A stretch of 64,000 bases of DNA from Nitrospirota bacterium (GCA_963845065.1 CAWJQQ010000002.1:480001-544000); one strand, 5' to 3'; shown: positions 10,106-20,210, counted from the first letter of the stretch. Program-made: numbers and translations. The notes: generated by a model from the sequence alone, not told the origin.

Positions 10106-10462
10106 TTATTGCCGCTCGGCTACCCCCCTGAGACCGTTAGTATACAATATGCCGCATGCTTCAAACATTGAAAGTTTTGTAACGAAGAGGGGAATATCTT
10201 TTTGTTTTGCCAGTGCCACGGTGGCCATATCGGGCTTTTTCCCACGGACCACGCAGACTGCTTTGATATCGGCAATATCGGCTGTCCGCACCGCCTGGGG
10301 ATTCGTGATTCCGGTGACTAAAATACCACTTGCATAAGAACGGCCCAGAACATCACTCATAAGGTCAGCGCTAAAGCACCGGTCGACTTCAATTTCATCG
10401 ACGAGGCCGTCACCGACAAGCACCTCGGCATTAAGCAGCTTAATAATCTCTCTCAGTTTCAT
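10106..10462 (-). CDS. DRTGG-domain protein
   Basis: MKLREIIKLLNAEVL...SADLMSDVL...LVTGITNPQAVRTA...FEACGILY; upstream part of listed ORF overlaps nuoD and was discarded. Confidence 0.82.
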   Translation of the reverse strand: MKLREIIKLLNAEVLVGDGLVDEIEVDRCFSADLMSDVLGRSYASGILVTGITNPQAVRTADIADIKAVCVVRGKKPDMATVALAKQKDIPLFVTKLSMFEACGILYTNGLRGVAERQ

Positions 10463-10482
10463 CGTGCGATCCCTAACACTCG

Positions 10483-11694
10483 CTACCGATCGACTTCGCC
10501 TAACACGATGTCGATGGATCCAATACAGGCTATAACATCCGCCACCATATGTCCGGTCACCATCTTCGAGAGGGCGCTCACGTGAACATATGAGGGAGCG
10601 CGGATCTTGATCCGGTACGGCCGTCCGCTCCCGTCGCTCACGATATAGAAACCAAGCTCGCCTTTCGGCCCCTCGGTGGCAACGTACACCTCGCCCTTGG
10701 GCATGGGAACCCACTTGCTCATCAGCACGAACTGATGTGCAAGTGATGCCATGTTCTGCATCACCTGGGTCTTCTCGGGAACGGCGTAGCGCAGGTCACT
10801 GGTGGTGATAGGACCGGGCTGCATCATATCGAGACACTGCTTGATAATACGGTTGCTCTGACGCATCTCTTCGATGCGTACGAGATACCGGTCGTAGACG
10901 TCGCCGTTCTTGCCAAGGGGGACATCGAACTCAACCTTATCATATGCGGCGTAGGGTTCGACTTTGCGCAAATCGTAGTTCACGCCCGAGCCGCGGAGCG
11001 TGCCGCCGGTCATACCATAGTTGACTGCGTCCGCTGCCGAGAACACACCGATGCCAACGGTGCGCTGGAGCCAGATGCGGTTCTGACGAATCAACGTGTC
11101 ATATTCTTCAAGCCGCTTGGGAAAGATCTCGGTGAACTCACGGCATTTATCAATGAAAGCGCGTGGCACATCGTTGCGCAGACCGCCGATGCGGACATAG
11201 CTTACAGTCTGGCGTGCGCCCGTCACCATCTCCGTAAGATCAAGAATCTGTTCCCGTTCCCGCAGTGCGTACATGCAGACTGTCATGGCGCCAATATCAA
11301 GTGCATGGGTGCCAAGCCAGACCAAGTGCCCGGAAAGCCGCGTAAGCTCGGCCATGAGCGTCCTTATGAACTGCGCCCGTTCGGGAACCGTGATATCTGC
11401 GAGCTTCTCCACAGCTACCACGTATCCAAGATTGTTGTTCATGCACGTGATATATTCGAGCCGGTCGGTCATGGGGATGATCTGATGATAGGTTTTGCTC
11501 TCCATCCATTTTTCGATCCCTCGGTGAAGGTAGCCGGGACGCGTGTCGCAACCCACGATGGTCTCGCCCTGCAGGTCAAGCACCAGGCGCAGCACACCAT
11601 GCGTGGCCGGATGCTGCGGTCCCATGTTCAAGGTTATTTCTTTTTTGACGATCGCTTTCTGTGCTGTTTCTGTCGAGGACATAAGTTTCACCAT
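10483..11694 (-). CDS. nuoD: NADH-quinone oxidoreductase subunit D
   Basis: NMGPQHPATHGVLRL, GYLHRGIEK, C-terminal DIVLGEVDR; no NiFe-binding CxxC pairs. Confidence 0.96.
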   Translation of the reverse strand: MVKLMSSTETAQKAIVKKEITLNMGPQHPATHGVLRLVLDLQGETIVGCDTRPGYLHRGIEKWMESKTYHQIIPMTDRLEYITCMNNNLGYVVAVEKLADITVPERAQFIRTLMAELTRLSGHLVWLGTHALDIGAMTVCMYALREREQILDLTEMVTGARQTVSYVRIGGLRNDVPRAFIDKCREFTEIFPKRLEEYDTLIRQNRIWLQRTVGIGVFSAADAVNYGMTGGTLRGSGVNYDLRKVEPYAAYDKVEFDVPLGKNGDVYDRYLVRIEEMRQSNRIIKQCLDMMQPGPITTSDLRYAVPEKTQVMQNMASLAHQFVLMSKWVPMPKGEVYVATEGPKGELGFYIVSDGSGRPYRIKIRAPSYVHVSALSKMVTGHMVADVIACIGSIDIVLGEVDR

Positions 11695-11773
11695 AGAAAA
11701 GTAGCCGGAATGCAGCGTTCGGGGTCCAGGAAAAGTTTTTTTGTTTTTCCTAACCCCGGGCCCTAGTTGTTTA

Positions 11774-12244
11774 TCAATAACCTTTCAGCGGATATTCCTT
11801 CCTCAGCGGGTGCCCTTCCCAGTCCTCGGGCAGTAGTATCCTGCGGAGGTCTGGATGGCCTTCGAACGTGATGCCCATGAGGTCATAGGTCTCCCGCTCA
11901 TGCCAGTTCGCTGTTTGCCAGATCGAAGAGACCGAATCTATCCGCGGGTCTTCTTCCGGCACCCTTACCTTCAAACGAATGCGGTGATGGTGCTCCGTAG
12001 ATATTAGATTATATACAACTTCAAAGCGGGGCCCGGTGTCACCTGGGTACCGGGAAAAGTCAACGGCAGTCAGGTCGGACAGATGGTCCATCTTGAGGGA
12101 GGGCTCATCACGCAGGAACAGGCAAATGTCCTTGATCTTGTCCTTCCTGAGCATGACACCGACCTGCCCGACGTACGTCTCTGTACCGACCACTTGGCCT
12201 GCAAATTTTTCTTCTATCATTTTGGCGATTTGTAAAGGATCCAT
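11774..12244 (-). CDS. nuoC: NADH-quinone oxidoreductase subunit C
   Basis: ANWHERETYDLMGITFEGHPDLRRILLPEDWEGHPLRKEYP. Confidence 0.96.
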   Translation of the reverse strand: MDPLQIAKMIEEKFAGQVVGTETYVGQVGVMLRKDKIKDICLFLRDEPSLKMDHLSDLTAVDFSRYPGDTGPRFEVVYNLISTEHHHRIRLKVRVPEEDPRIDSVSSIWQTANWHERETYDLMGITFEGHPDLRRILLPEDWEGHPLRKEYPLKGY

Positions 12245-12343
12245 ACAACCTCGTCTTGAGCCGCACGTGCTGAACGCTCGTAGTGCGCGGTTTTAGCTTC
12301 GAACATTTGTGATGGCAGTGTAATAACGGTATGTGGAGACTTG

Positions 12344-12823
12344 TTACTTCCGGATGTAGTGCTCTTTCCTGATCTTATCCTGAAGACGCATGATGCCATT
12401 CATCAATGCCTCAGGCCTGGGCGGGCAACCCGGGATATAGACGTCCACAGGAACAATGTTGTCTACGCCTTGCACAACGCTATAGGTATTGAAGATACCG
12501 CCGGATGCCGCGCAGCTCCCCATTGCAATTACGTACCGCGGCTCGGGCATCTGATCATAGACGCGCCTTAAGACTGGGGCCATCTTTTTCGTCAGCGTAC
12601 CGGCAACGAGCAAGAGGTCGGATTGTCTTGGAGATGGACGCGGCACAGTCCCAAAACGGTCGAAATCATGCTGAGGCGCGGAATAGTATTGCATCATCTC
12701 GAGAGCACAGCATGCAAGTCCGAATGTCATTGGCCAGATTGAACTGGACCGGCAATAGTTCAGGAACCCGTCAATCGTTGTCGTGATATACCCTTCTTCG
12801 AAAATATTCTGGATCACTCCCAT
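12344..12823 (-). CDS. nuoB: NADH-quinone oxidoreductase subunit B
   Basis: [27 protein letters not shown]. Confidence 0.96.
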   Translation of the reverse strand: MGVIQNIFEEGYITTTIDGFLNYCRSSSIWPMTFGLACCALEMMQYYSAPQHDFDRFGTVPRPSPRQSDLLLVAGTLTKKMAPVLRRVYDQMPEPRYVIAMGSCAASGGIFNTYSVVQGVDNIVPVDVYIPGCPPRPEALMNGIMRLQDKIRKEHYIRK

Positions 12824-13188
12824 TCAAGGGCCCCCTTCTTCCAGGCGTAGAGATATCCCACAAACAAAATTGCGATAAAAATCACCATTTCCACGAAACC
12901 GTACATACCGATGTGGTTATAAGCTACTGCCCAGGGATACATGAACACGGCTTCGATATCGAAAATAAGGAACAGCATTGCAATGATGTAATACCGGATG
13001 GAGAATTTGTGGTGCGCGTCCGTGAGGGGTGTGATGCCTGATTCGTAGGTAAGCAGTTTATCTGGATAGGGGTTTCGTGGCCGGAGAATCCAGCTAAAAG
13101 CCAGCATGCCGACGCCGACAGCAAGGCCCAGCAGTAGAAAAACTACGACTGGCAGAAAGTGTTCCGGAAGGTAGGTACTAGGAGTCAT
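12814..13188 (-). CDS. nuoA: NADH-quinone oxidoreductase subunit A
   Basis: [31 protein letters not shown]. Confidence 0.96.
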   Translation of the reverse strand: MTPSTYLPEHFLPVVVFLLLGLAVGVGMLAFSWILRPRNPYPDKLLTYESGITPLTDAHHKFSIRYYIIAMLFLIFDIEAVFMYPWAVAYNHIGMYGFVEMVIFIAILFVGYLYAWKKGALEWE

Positions 13189-13252
13189 ACACTACTCCCT
13201 GCAAATGAATTTATATTCAGCATTAAATCAGACCTGTTTTGAAAACCTGTGC

Positions 13253-13281
13253 ATATTATGATAACCAGCATCGTTTGTCAA
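13253..13281 (-). promoter_or_regulatory. Putative sigma70 promoter of nuo operon
   Basis: Minus strand TTGACA-N17-TAATAT, about 65 nt upstream of nuoA. Confidence 0.5.
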
Positions 13282-13439
13282 TAAAAAAAAATAATAACAT
13301 TATAAAAATAACCTGTTCATTATTACGCACAAAGGTATGATTTTTTACCATCCCTTTTATTATTGATTATTGTATTTCCCCCGAGCGCTTGTTTTCGCAA
13401 TACCGATAAAGTACAATAGCGTGCACCAAGGAGGTAGAC

Positions 13440-14063
13440 ATGAATCCCTATTCCAAAGAGCAGCTGCTGTCGTTCTATAATTTACATTTCAAAAAATTCG
13501 GCGAGCGGCCGGAAGCTCTCCGCTGGACACCGCAAGGACAACTCAAACGTTACCATACTTTTCTCGACATCGCACCCGACCTCAACAACCAGAAAATACT
13601 CGACTACGGCTGTGGAATGGCTGATTTTTATAAATTTTTGAAGCGACATGGCATCAACGTGAATTACACTGGAGTGGATATCAATGATAACTTCATTAAC
13701 GTAGCGAAAAAAAAGTATCCGGAATGCACTTTTCGGGTTATGAGCGTGGATGAGGATTCCCTCGAAGGATTCTATGACTACATATTTATATGTGGCGTCT
13801 TCAACCTGCAAGTCCCCGGCGTAGACGACGACCTGAAAAATACACTGGTGACACTCTTTAAGCATTGCAACAAGGGTCTGGCCTTGAGCGCGTTGTCAAC
13901 TCACACAACTATAAAGGACTATGAGCTTCACTTCACTTCGCCCGAGGACATGGTCAAGTTCTCCATCGAGAAGCTGTCACCTTCGGTCGTCCTGCGTCAC
14001 GATCGCATCCCGAATGACTTCACTCTCTTTGTATATACGTCATACAATGAAATAGAACTCTGA
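13440..14063 (+). CDS. Class I SAM-dependent methyltransferase
   Basis: ILDYGCG motif I, YTGVDI, GGAGG RBS. Confidence 0.85.
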   Translation: MNPYSKEQLLSFYNLHFKKFGERPEALRWTPQGQLKRYHTFLDIAPDLNNQKILDYGCGMADFYKFLKRHGINVNYTGVDINDNFINVAKKKYPECTFRVMSVDEDSLEGFYDYIFICGVFNLQVPGVDDDLKNTLVTLFKHCNKGLALSALSTHTTIKDYELHFTSPEDMVKFSIEKLSPSVVLRHDRIPNDFTLFVYTSYNEIEL

Positions 14064-14144
14064 CGATAAGTGAAGGAAGGGATTTGGGCATCGATTATAC
14101 TGAATCACACACAAGCCGCCATTCGAAACTCACTCAGACACTGT

Positions 14145-14309
14145 TTAATATTCACCCTTCGAAAGGTAAAGCCCATACAACAAAGAACCCCAGGCAATCA
14201 GCGTCACATAGGTCGCGACTTTCCCTTTATCAAAGTCAATTATCCTCCCTATCAAAAAGGGTATGAAGAACGTTACGATCGCAAACACAAGTATCCCCAT
14301 TACCATCAT
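14145..14309 (-). CDS. Small 54-aa two-TM membrane protein (below ORF-track cutoff)
   Basis: MMVMGILVFAIVTFFIPFLIGRIIDFDKGKVATYVTLIAWGSLLYGLYLSKGEY; AAAGGAG RBS. Confidence 0.55.
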   Translation of the reverse strand: MMVMGILVFAIVTFFIPFLIGRIIDFDKGKVATYVTLIAWGSLLYGLYLSKGEY

Positions 14310-14336
14310 GATATCTACTCCTTTCTAGTTATTTCG

Positions 14337-14555
14337 TCATGCCCTGCAGACTTCGCAATTTTCATCCCGTCGTATTTTTACCTTCTTAAATTCCATATCA
14401 TGGGTGTTGAATACGAGCATCTTCGAGATAAGCGCTTTCCCGTACCCGGTAATAAGCTTTATTGCTTCCAGTGCCATCTTGCATCCCAGCATGCCCGAAA
14501 AGAGTGGCTTGAGCAAAAAGGCAGCTCAAAGCCGTCTTTTGCTTTTCTTCTCCAT
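14337..14555 (-). pseudogene. C-terminal remnant of HesA/MoeB/ThiF-family gene
   Basis: GMLGCKMALEAIKLITGYGKALISKMLVFNTHDMEFKKVKIRRDENCEVC matches ThiF/MoeB C-terminus; adenylation domain absent; in-frame stop. Confidence 0.7.
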
Positions 14556-14667
14556 AATTCTATGCTATATTGCAGCCATTCAGACTCACGATAAGAGGTG
14601 CGCCTTTATAGAGTGGTTCTTAACGGCCGAAGAGTGGGCATTTCATAATGATAAGGAAGGTAAAGCC

Positions 14668-15108
14668 ATGAAGATGTCCGACATGATCAAAGGGGCACTA
14701 GAAAAGAAGGGCTATAGGAATCTCAAAGATGCATCGAAGATCCTGGGGATAAGCCCTGAGCTCGTGCGGGTCATCATCAATAAAGGGCATGTTCCTAAAG
14801 ACAAGACGCTAAGGATCATAGCGACTAAACTGGGTCTGGACAAGTCGTCCTTGATCCTGGCGGCACATCAGGAAAAGGTCCCCCTCGAAGTCAAAGGTTA
14901 TTTCCTTGCACCTGCTGAATCGAAATACCGGCAGGGAAAACGAGTATACCCTTTATCCCAGGAACAATCCGACTACTTGGAAAGGATCTTGACCACCGAA
15001 GAAATCAAGATGATAAGAAAATACCGTCAAGTGTCCGAAGAAGGTAAGACACAGATCGTTGGCTATATTGATTTCACATTTGCATCCAAAAGAGAGCACC
15101 GGCAGTGA
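14668..15108 (+). CDS. Putative XRE-like HTH regulator
   Basis: NLKDASKILGISPELVRVIINKGHVP HTH-like; AAGGAAGG RBS before MKMSD. Confidence 0.6.
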   Translation: MKMSDMIKGALEKKGYRNLKDASKILGISPELVRVIINKGHVPKDKTLRIIATKLGLDKSSLILAAHQEKVPLEVKGYFLAPAESKYRQGKRVYPLSQEQSDYLERILTTEEIKMIRKYRQVSEEGKTQIVGYIDFTFASKREHRQ

Positions 15109-15408
15109 ATCTCACCCAGGGGTGCTGGGGGCTTCTTTACCGTTAAATGTGACAATCTTGCATAAGCCCTGCCGGCTGCCGCTTCATCACTGACAGGAGA
15201 CTTTTTTTATGCGGCTCAATAATGATTCGGTTCCAAAGGTTATACACTGAGGTTGCTCTTCCCTGGTTCTGCACCGGCAGTTCCATTCATCAAAGTGTGG
15301 AGTGCACTTGTAAATTTTTTCTTCGGGCGTAGCAACATCCTCTCCAGTCATACTCATCAAAGATCATCTGCAATCTAGTCATTGCAACATAGCTCAAAGG
15401 AGGGTCGT

Positions 15409-16650
15409 GTGGAAGAGAAAGCTAGCATTGATCCCCGTCATGTTTTCACTCTGCCTGTTATTGTCGCAGCCCTCGGCTATTTTGTCGACATCTACGATTT
15501 GGTGCTCTTCAGCATCGTCCGGGTGCCAAGTCTGAAGTCCCTAGGGCTTTCCGGACAGGAGTTGATCGATAACGGAGTGTTCCTCTTGAACATGCAGATG
15601 GCAGGCATGCTTATCGGCGGGATCATCTGGGGGGTCCTTGGCGACAGAAAAGGACGACTCAAAATCATGTTCGGCTCGATCTTCCTTTACTCGGTCGCCA
15701 ACATTGCGAACGGTATGACAACATCCCTGCCTGCTTACGCAACTCTTCGCTTCATAGCCGGTGTCGGCCTTGCCGGAGAGCTTGGTGCGGGTATCACGCT
15801 CGTCTCAGAAGTCCTACATACCAGCATCCGAGGGTATGGCACCATGCTTGTGGCCTCTGTGGGCGTCTCGGGCGCCATCCTCGCGAACATCATCGCCAAC
15901 GCGTTCAACTGGCGGAACGCCTTCATCATCGGGGGCATTCTCGGCCTTCTTTTGCTTATCGCCCGCATCAGTGTTGCCGAATCGAACATGTTCCGTACCA
16001 TGCAAACCAGGACCAGCGTGAGCCGTGGAAACCTGATGGCCCTCTTTTCGGACCGTAACCGCTTTCTCCGCTACCTTAATTCTATTCTGATCGGCGTTCC
16101 CATTTGGTTCGTGGTTGGCGTCCTGATAACTTTTTCACCGGAATTCGCCAAGGCGCTCGGAACAACCGGACCAGTTTCCGCGGGAAATGCGGTCATGTTC
16201 TGCTATCTAGGGCTGGTCTTCGGCGATCTTTCGAGCGGCCTTCTGAGCCAAGCATTAAAAAGCAGAAAAAAAGTCGTTTTTCTCTTCATGCTCATGACCA
16301 TAGCAGCCGTCAGCCTTTACTTCCTGCAGGGGAACGAGAGCCCAGGCTTCTTTTACGGCGTCTGCCTTGTGCTCGGATTTGCAAGTGGCTACTGGGCCAT
16401 CTTTGTGACTGTTGCCGCCGAACAGTTTGGCACGAACCTGCGCGCAACAGTCGCTACGACCGTCCCTAACTTCGTACGCGGAATGGTTGTTCCCATCACA
16501 CTTCTGTTCCAGTTATCACGACAGTACTTGGGACTCGTATACGGAGCACTGATAGTCGGTGCTTTGTGCGCTATTGCGGCGTTTTTTGCATTGCATTCCC
16601 TGGAAGAAACATTTCATAAGAACCTGGACTATTATGAAGAGTTCCCGTGA
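15409..16650 (+). CDS. MFS transporter
   Basis: GYFVDIYD, GVLGDRKGR motif A, about 12 hydrophobic segments; AAGGAGG RBS before GTG. Confidence 0.92.
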   Translation: MEEKASIDPRHVFTLPVIVAALGYFVDIYDLVLFSIVRVPSLKSLGLSGQELIDNGVFLLNMQMAGMLIGGIIWGVLGDRKGRLKIMFGSIFLYSVANIANGMTTSLPAYATLRFIAGVGLAGELGAGITLVSEVLHTSIRGYGTMLVASVGVSGAILANIIANAFNWRNAFIIGGILGLLLLIARISVAESNMFRTMQTRTSVSRGNLMALFSDRNRFLRYLNSILIGVPIWFVVGVLITFSPEFAKALGTTGPVSAGNAVMFCYLGLVFGDLSSGLLSQALKSRKKVVFLFMLMTIAAVSLYFLQGNESPGFFYGVCLVLGFASGYWAIFVTVAAEQFGTNLRATVATTVPNFVRGMVVPITLLFQLSRQYLGLVYGALIVGALCAIAAFFALHSLEETFHKNLDYYEEFP

Positions 16651-16805
16651 TACACAAGAAACAAAATTGCAGGCCGCAAGCGAACGGACATAGCAGTGGT
16701 CCTAGAGACTCCATCTCCTATCAGACGGGTTAGGACACAGAACTGGGTGGACAGACAGATACGCACAATTAAGGGAATAATCGTGAATCAATAGAGGCAC
16801 AACGC

Positions 16806-17186
16806 ATGGACAAAAAGATATGCATAGCGTTACTATGTTTTTTACTTGTTTGCAGTTGCAATAAAACTCCTACCGACCTCCCCCTCACAGACGACACTGC
16901 AAAGAACAGCAACATGATCAAGGCATTCATTCCAAGCGGCACGCTTGCGTCAAATGCAATATTAAAGATGGAACAAGAGGGCTTCACTTGCAAAACTATG
17001 CGAGATGAAAAAGTCCGAAGTTCTAACGATACTATTCAGGCAAACAAGAATTCAAATGTCGATTTCGTATGGTGTGAACGAAAGACGTGGATAGTTATTC
17101 CCAGACGATGGCAAGTTATTATGAGTCTCGATAGCGAAGACAGGGTCGAAAACATATCTGTTACGGGAAGTTTGGTAGGTTCATGA
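16806..17186 (+). CDS. Hypothetical lipoprotein
   Basis: Signal peptide with lipobox-like LVCSC; GAGG RBS. Confidence 0.6.
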   Translation: MDKKICIALLCFLLVCSCNKTPTDLPLTDDTAKNSNMIKAFIPSGTLASNAILKMEQEGFTCKTMRDEKVRSSNDTIQANKNSNVDFVWCERKTWIVIPRRWQVIMSLDSEDRVENISVTGSLVGS

Positions 17187-17202
17187 GCAGCGTTTCCCGA
17201 TA

Positions 17203-17390
17203 TTGGTGAACTACCTCGCCTAGAAACCCCATAGTTTTAGGTTTCAAAGAACAGAGCAGAAAAGAGTGCCCCTGGTGTGAAGCATAAGCACTATGATAGG
17301 GCACTGTTAGATATTTTTCATATATACGGGTTCAACGCTTCCTTCCTGCCGCTAAAGCGTGAGGGAGTTCTCGCGTAGAACCCTAAATGA
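17203..17390. mobile_element. Degenerate IS200/IS605-type miniature remnant
   Basis: GGTGAACTACCTCGCCTA at left; CCTGCCGCTAAAGCGTGAGGGAGTTCTCGCGT at right, similar to hairpin at 38558-38592. Confidence 0.35.
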
Positions 17391-17414
17391 CTCGAACAAA
17401 AGGAATGAAATAGA

Positions 17415-18243
17415 ATGAAGAAAACAGCTCTCATCACTGGGTGTTCCTCCGGTATTGGTAAAACAACTGCTAAATTATTTGCAGATAGGGGCTGGAACGT
17501 CGTCGCAACGATGCGCACGCCCACCGCGGATACGGATCGGGCAGTAGAAACAACGTGTTGGTAACCCGCCTGGACGTTCAGAACAAAGAAAGCATCTACC
17601 AGGCAATCGAGGACGGTACCGCGCGTTTCGGAAGGATCAATGCATTGATCAATGACGCGGGCTTCAGCCTGTTCGGTATTTTCGAGACCATTCCAAAAGG
17701 GAAGGTGCTCGAGCAGTTCGACGTCAATGTCTTTGGCATCATGGAAGTCACTCGAGCCATTCTGCCGCACTTTAAAAAGAATAAAAGGGTGGGATGATCA
17801 TCAACATCAGCTCACGCGCGGGCATCGTAGGCTTGCCGATTCTATCGCTTTATTGCGCCGCCAAATTCGCTCTGGAGGTTTTTTCAGAATCACTGGCCTA
17901 CGAACTCGCGTCCCAAAACATCATCGTTAAGATTGTTGAGCCCAGCGGCGGTATCACTAACACAAACTTCTTCGAACGGATGGGCAAGGAGCAGGCACAG
18001 GGTATTTCGCTTACAGATTACGACATCTTTGTAGCCCGCATGAGTTCGGTCTTCGCCGGCATGCAATCGGGACGGACGAGGTGCAGAGGTAATATACGAT
18101 GCCATAAAGGACGGCACGATCCGGCTTCGCTATTTCGTCGGCGAGGACGTCGGAGGTCTGGTTCAAGCGAAGCGAGAAATGTCCGATCAGAACTATATCG
18201 AGTTCGTAAAATCACGGTTTCCGCCGAAGTTTTAAATTCGTGA
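17415..18243 (+). pseudogene. Short-chain dehydrogenase/reductase, frameshifted
   Basis: MKKTALITGCSSGIG, INDAG, NVFG, YCAAK spread over several frames. Confidence 0.88.
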
Positions 18244-18597
18244 CTATATAAAATCATTACTGACCTTCTATCCTTTCTTCGTACTTTGATCTAAGGAAGC
18301 AGTACGATTTAATTGATGTATATCGCATCGAGCTAAAAAAAAATTGATGCTCGAGAAAAAAAGTTTACACACCTTACATTGAGTTGACACTATTGTCCAA
18401 GACACCTTATTAACTCGGTATCGATAATGTAGAGTATCGTCAGGAATGGAAACAAGCTATTTCGACTATGGGTTTAAATTTGCACTTTATTTGAGTATTC
18501 CTCCCTGTTTTCATGAACTTTCCCCACCTATGAGCTTCCCATTCTTTCACGTTGAGAGAAATCTTAACTCGAAATTTAAAAAAAAACAAAGAATACC

Positions 18598-18646
18598 TTG
18601 ACACATCCTAGCAAGCATGGTATTAATGAAAATGGTTATCAATATC
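18598..18646 (+). promoter_or_regulatory. Sigma70 promoter with adjacent Fur-box-like site
   Basis: TTGACA-N17-TATTAA with TG extension; GAAAATGGTTATCAATATC (18628-18646) matches 15/19 of GATAATGATAATCATTATC. Confidence 0.65.
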
Positions 18647-18977
18647 AATTACGAAACCATTAGTTGAAAAATTATCTGAGTACCCTGCAAGCTGGTGGCT
18701 TAAATCCACGCGCTAGCGCAGTACCATAAGCAATCTTTTCCTAGAATCCAGGCCGCACGTGGGGGCTGGTGATTTGCAGGGCCGTGTGAATGAAACAAAC
18801 CCTGTTATCGACTATGCGACGGCACACCGTACGCTAAGGCTGCTTGCTTATGCTGAACTTGCTGAGGAATGCCGGCTTGAGGACGGCGTCACTCGCTTGG
18901 AGTATAAGGATAGTGTTCGCAATCTATCCGGATCGCCAAGCGCTTCCATAAGGTATCGTAGAAGTGAATCAGGGGTA

Positions 18978-19016
18978 AAATGCTCGAGGCCTTTCGCCTT
19001 GAGCATTTATTTGTTT
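18978..19016 (+). terminator. Terminator-like hairpin upstream of efflux operon
   Basis: AAATGCTCGAGGC-ctttc-GCCTTGAGCATTT followed by ATTTGTTT. Confidence 0.5.
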
Positions 19017-19046
19017 GCAGACTTATCTTGCTTTAGGGGGTATAGC

Positions 19047-20210
19047 ATGTTTATTTTAAATGCCCATGTACGACAAAAGCGCTTCGTTCTAATAGGTGTC
19101 GCAATAATGATTTTCGTGCTAAGCATTGGGTTGAGCATACACTTGTTCCACTCGTCTAGCCATGCTGCCGTACAGGAGACTCCACCACCCGCTCTTGTCC
19201 GTCAAGACGGCAAATTCATCATACCCCAAGGTTCTGTGCTTCGTTCACGGTTGCTCGTGCAACAGGTAACCGTAAATGATAGTCCGCACACGCTCGTGTC
19301 GCCGGCTGTAGTGGAGGCTAACCCTGCACGTACGGTCAACATTCTGCCGCCAGTGGCCGGCAGAGTGGTCAGGCTTGGAGTCAGGCTCGGTGAACGTGTT
19401 GTAAAAGGCCAACTGCTCGCTACGATCGAATCGGGCGACCTCGCGCAGGCTTATGCTGATGACGACAAGGCACGCGATGCGCTCCAACACGCCAAGCAGA
19501 CGCTGGAACGCGTACGCGGCCTGCACGAAGCCGGCGCTGGCTCCCTCAAGGACCTGGAGCAGGCCGAAAGTGACTATATCCAGGCCAAAGCAGAGTTCAG
19601 CAGGGCCGAAGCGCGGCTTGAGGAAATCGGCGTTCCGTTGCAGCCCAATGACGGGTTACGCCTCTTGACAATTACTGCGCCAACGACCGGAAGCGTCACC
19701 GCGCTCACAACTGCACCGGGCACATTCGTCAACGACGTGACTGCATCGCTCATGACCATTGCAAATCTCGATTCTGTCTGGATCACGGCGAACGTACCGG
19801 AGATCAATATTGCTAACATTGCCAAAGGGCAGTCCGTCGACGTATCCTTTGCAGCCTATCCGGGGCAGGTCTTTCACGGCACTGTCGCGTTCATAAGCGA
19901 TGTGGTGGAGCCTGACACGCACCGCATCAAAGTGAGGATAATTTTCTCCAATCCGGGCGACAAGTTCAAACCCAATATGTTTGCCAATGTGAGCTTCAAT
20001 ATATCGCAGAAATCCGAAGTGTTCGTACCGAATTCTGCCTTGCTCATGAATAACGACAGCACAGTCGTGTTCGTCGAGGTTGCGCCCTGGACTTTCATCA
20101 AGCGCCCGGTCCTCCCCGGCTATGGAGAGGGTGATGGCGCCCGTATCGACAAGGGGTTGAAGCCTGGCGACCGCATCATTGTCAAGGGTGGTGTGCTACT
20201 CAATGATTAA
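19047..20210 (+). CDS. Efflux RND periplasmic adaptor (CzcB/CusB-like)
   Basis: PVAGRVVRL...GERVVKGQLL, ITAPTTGSV, KPNMFANV, GLKPGDRII. Confidence 0.9.
   Translation: MFILNAHVRQKRFVLIGVAIMIFVLSIGLSIHLFHSSSHAAVQETPPPALVRQDGKFIIPQGSVLRSRLLVQQVTVNDSPHTLVSPAVVEANPARTVNILPPVAGRVVRLGVRLGERVVKGQLLATIESGDLAQAYADDDKARDALQHAKQTLERVRGLHEAGAGSLKDLEQAESDYIQAKAEFSRAEARLEEIGVPLQPNDGLRLLTITAPTTGSVTALTTAPGTFVNDVTASLMTIANLDSVWITANVPEINIANIAKGQSVDVSFAAYPGQVFHGTVAFISDVVEPDTHRIKVRIIFSNPGDKFKPNMFANVSFNISQKSEVFVPNSALLMNNDSTVVFVEVAPWTFIKRPVLPGYGEGDGARIDKGLKPGDRIIVKGGVLLND

Noticed and set aside
10483..12823. Group 4 [NiFe]-hydrogenase instead of complex I
   Set aside because: Large subunit lacks both CxxC nickel motifs and ends GEVDR; NuoB has tandem CC.
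14526..14528. In-frame TGA in the MoeB/ThiF remnant as a second selenocysteine
   Set aside because: Most of the gene is missing and the Cys-like context (TALSCLF) is in another frame, indicating decay.
14070..14667. ORF 14070-14594 and the N-terminal extension of 14404-15108
   Set aside because: Overlap better-supported minus-strand features; the RBS favours a start at 14668.
18759..19046. 96-aa N-terminal extension of the efflux adaptor
   Set aside because: Crosses a terminator-like hairpin; TM anchor and RBS fit a start at 19047.
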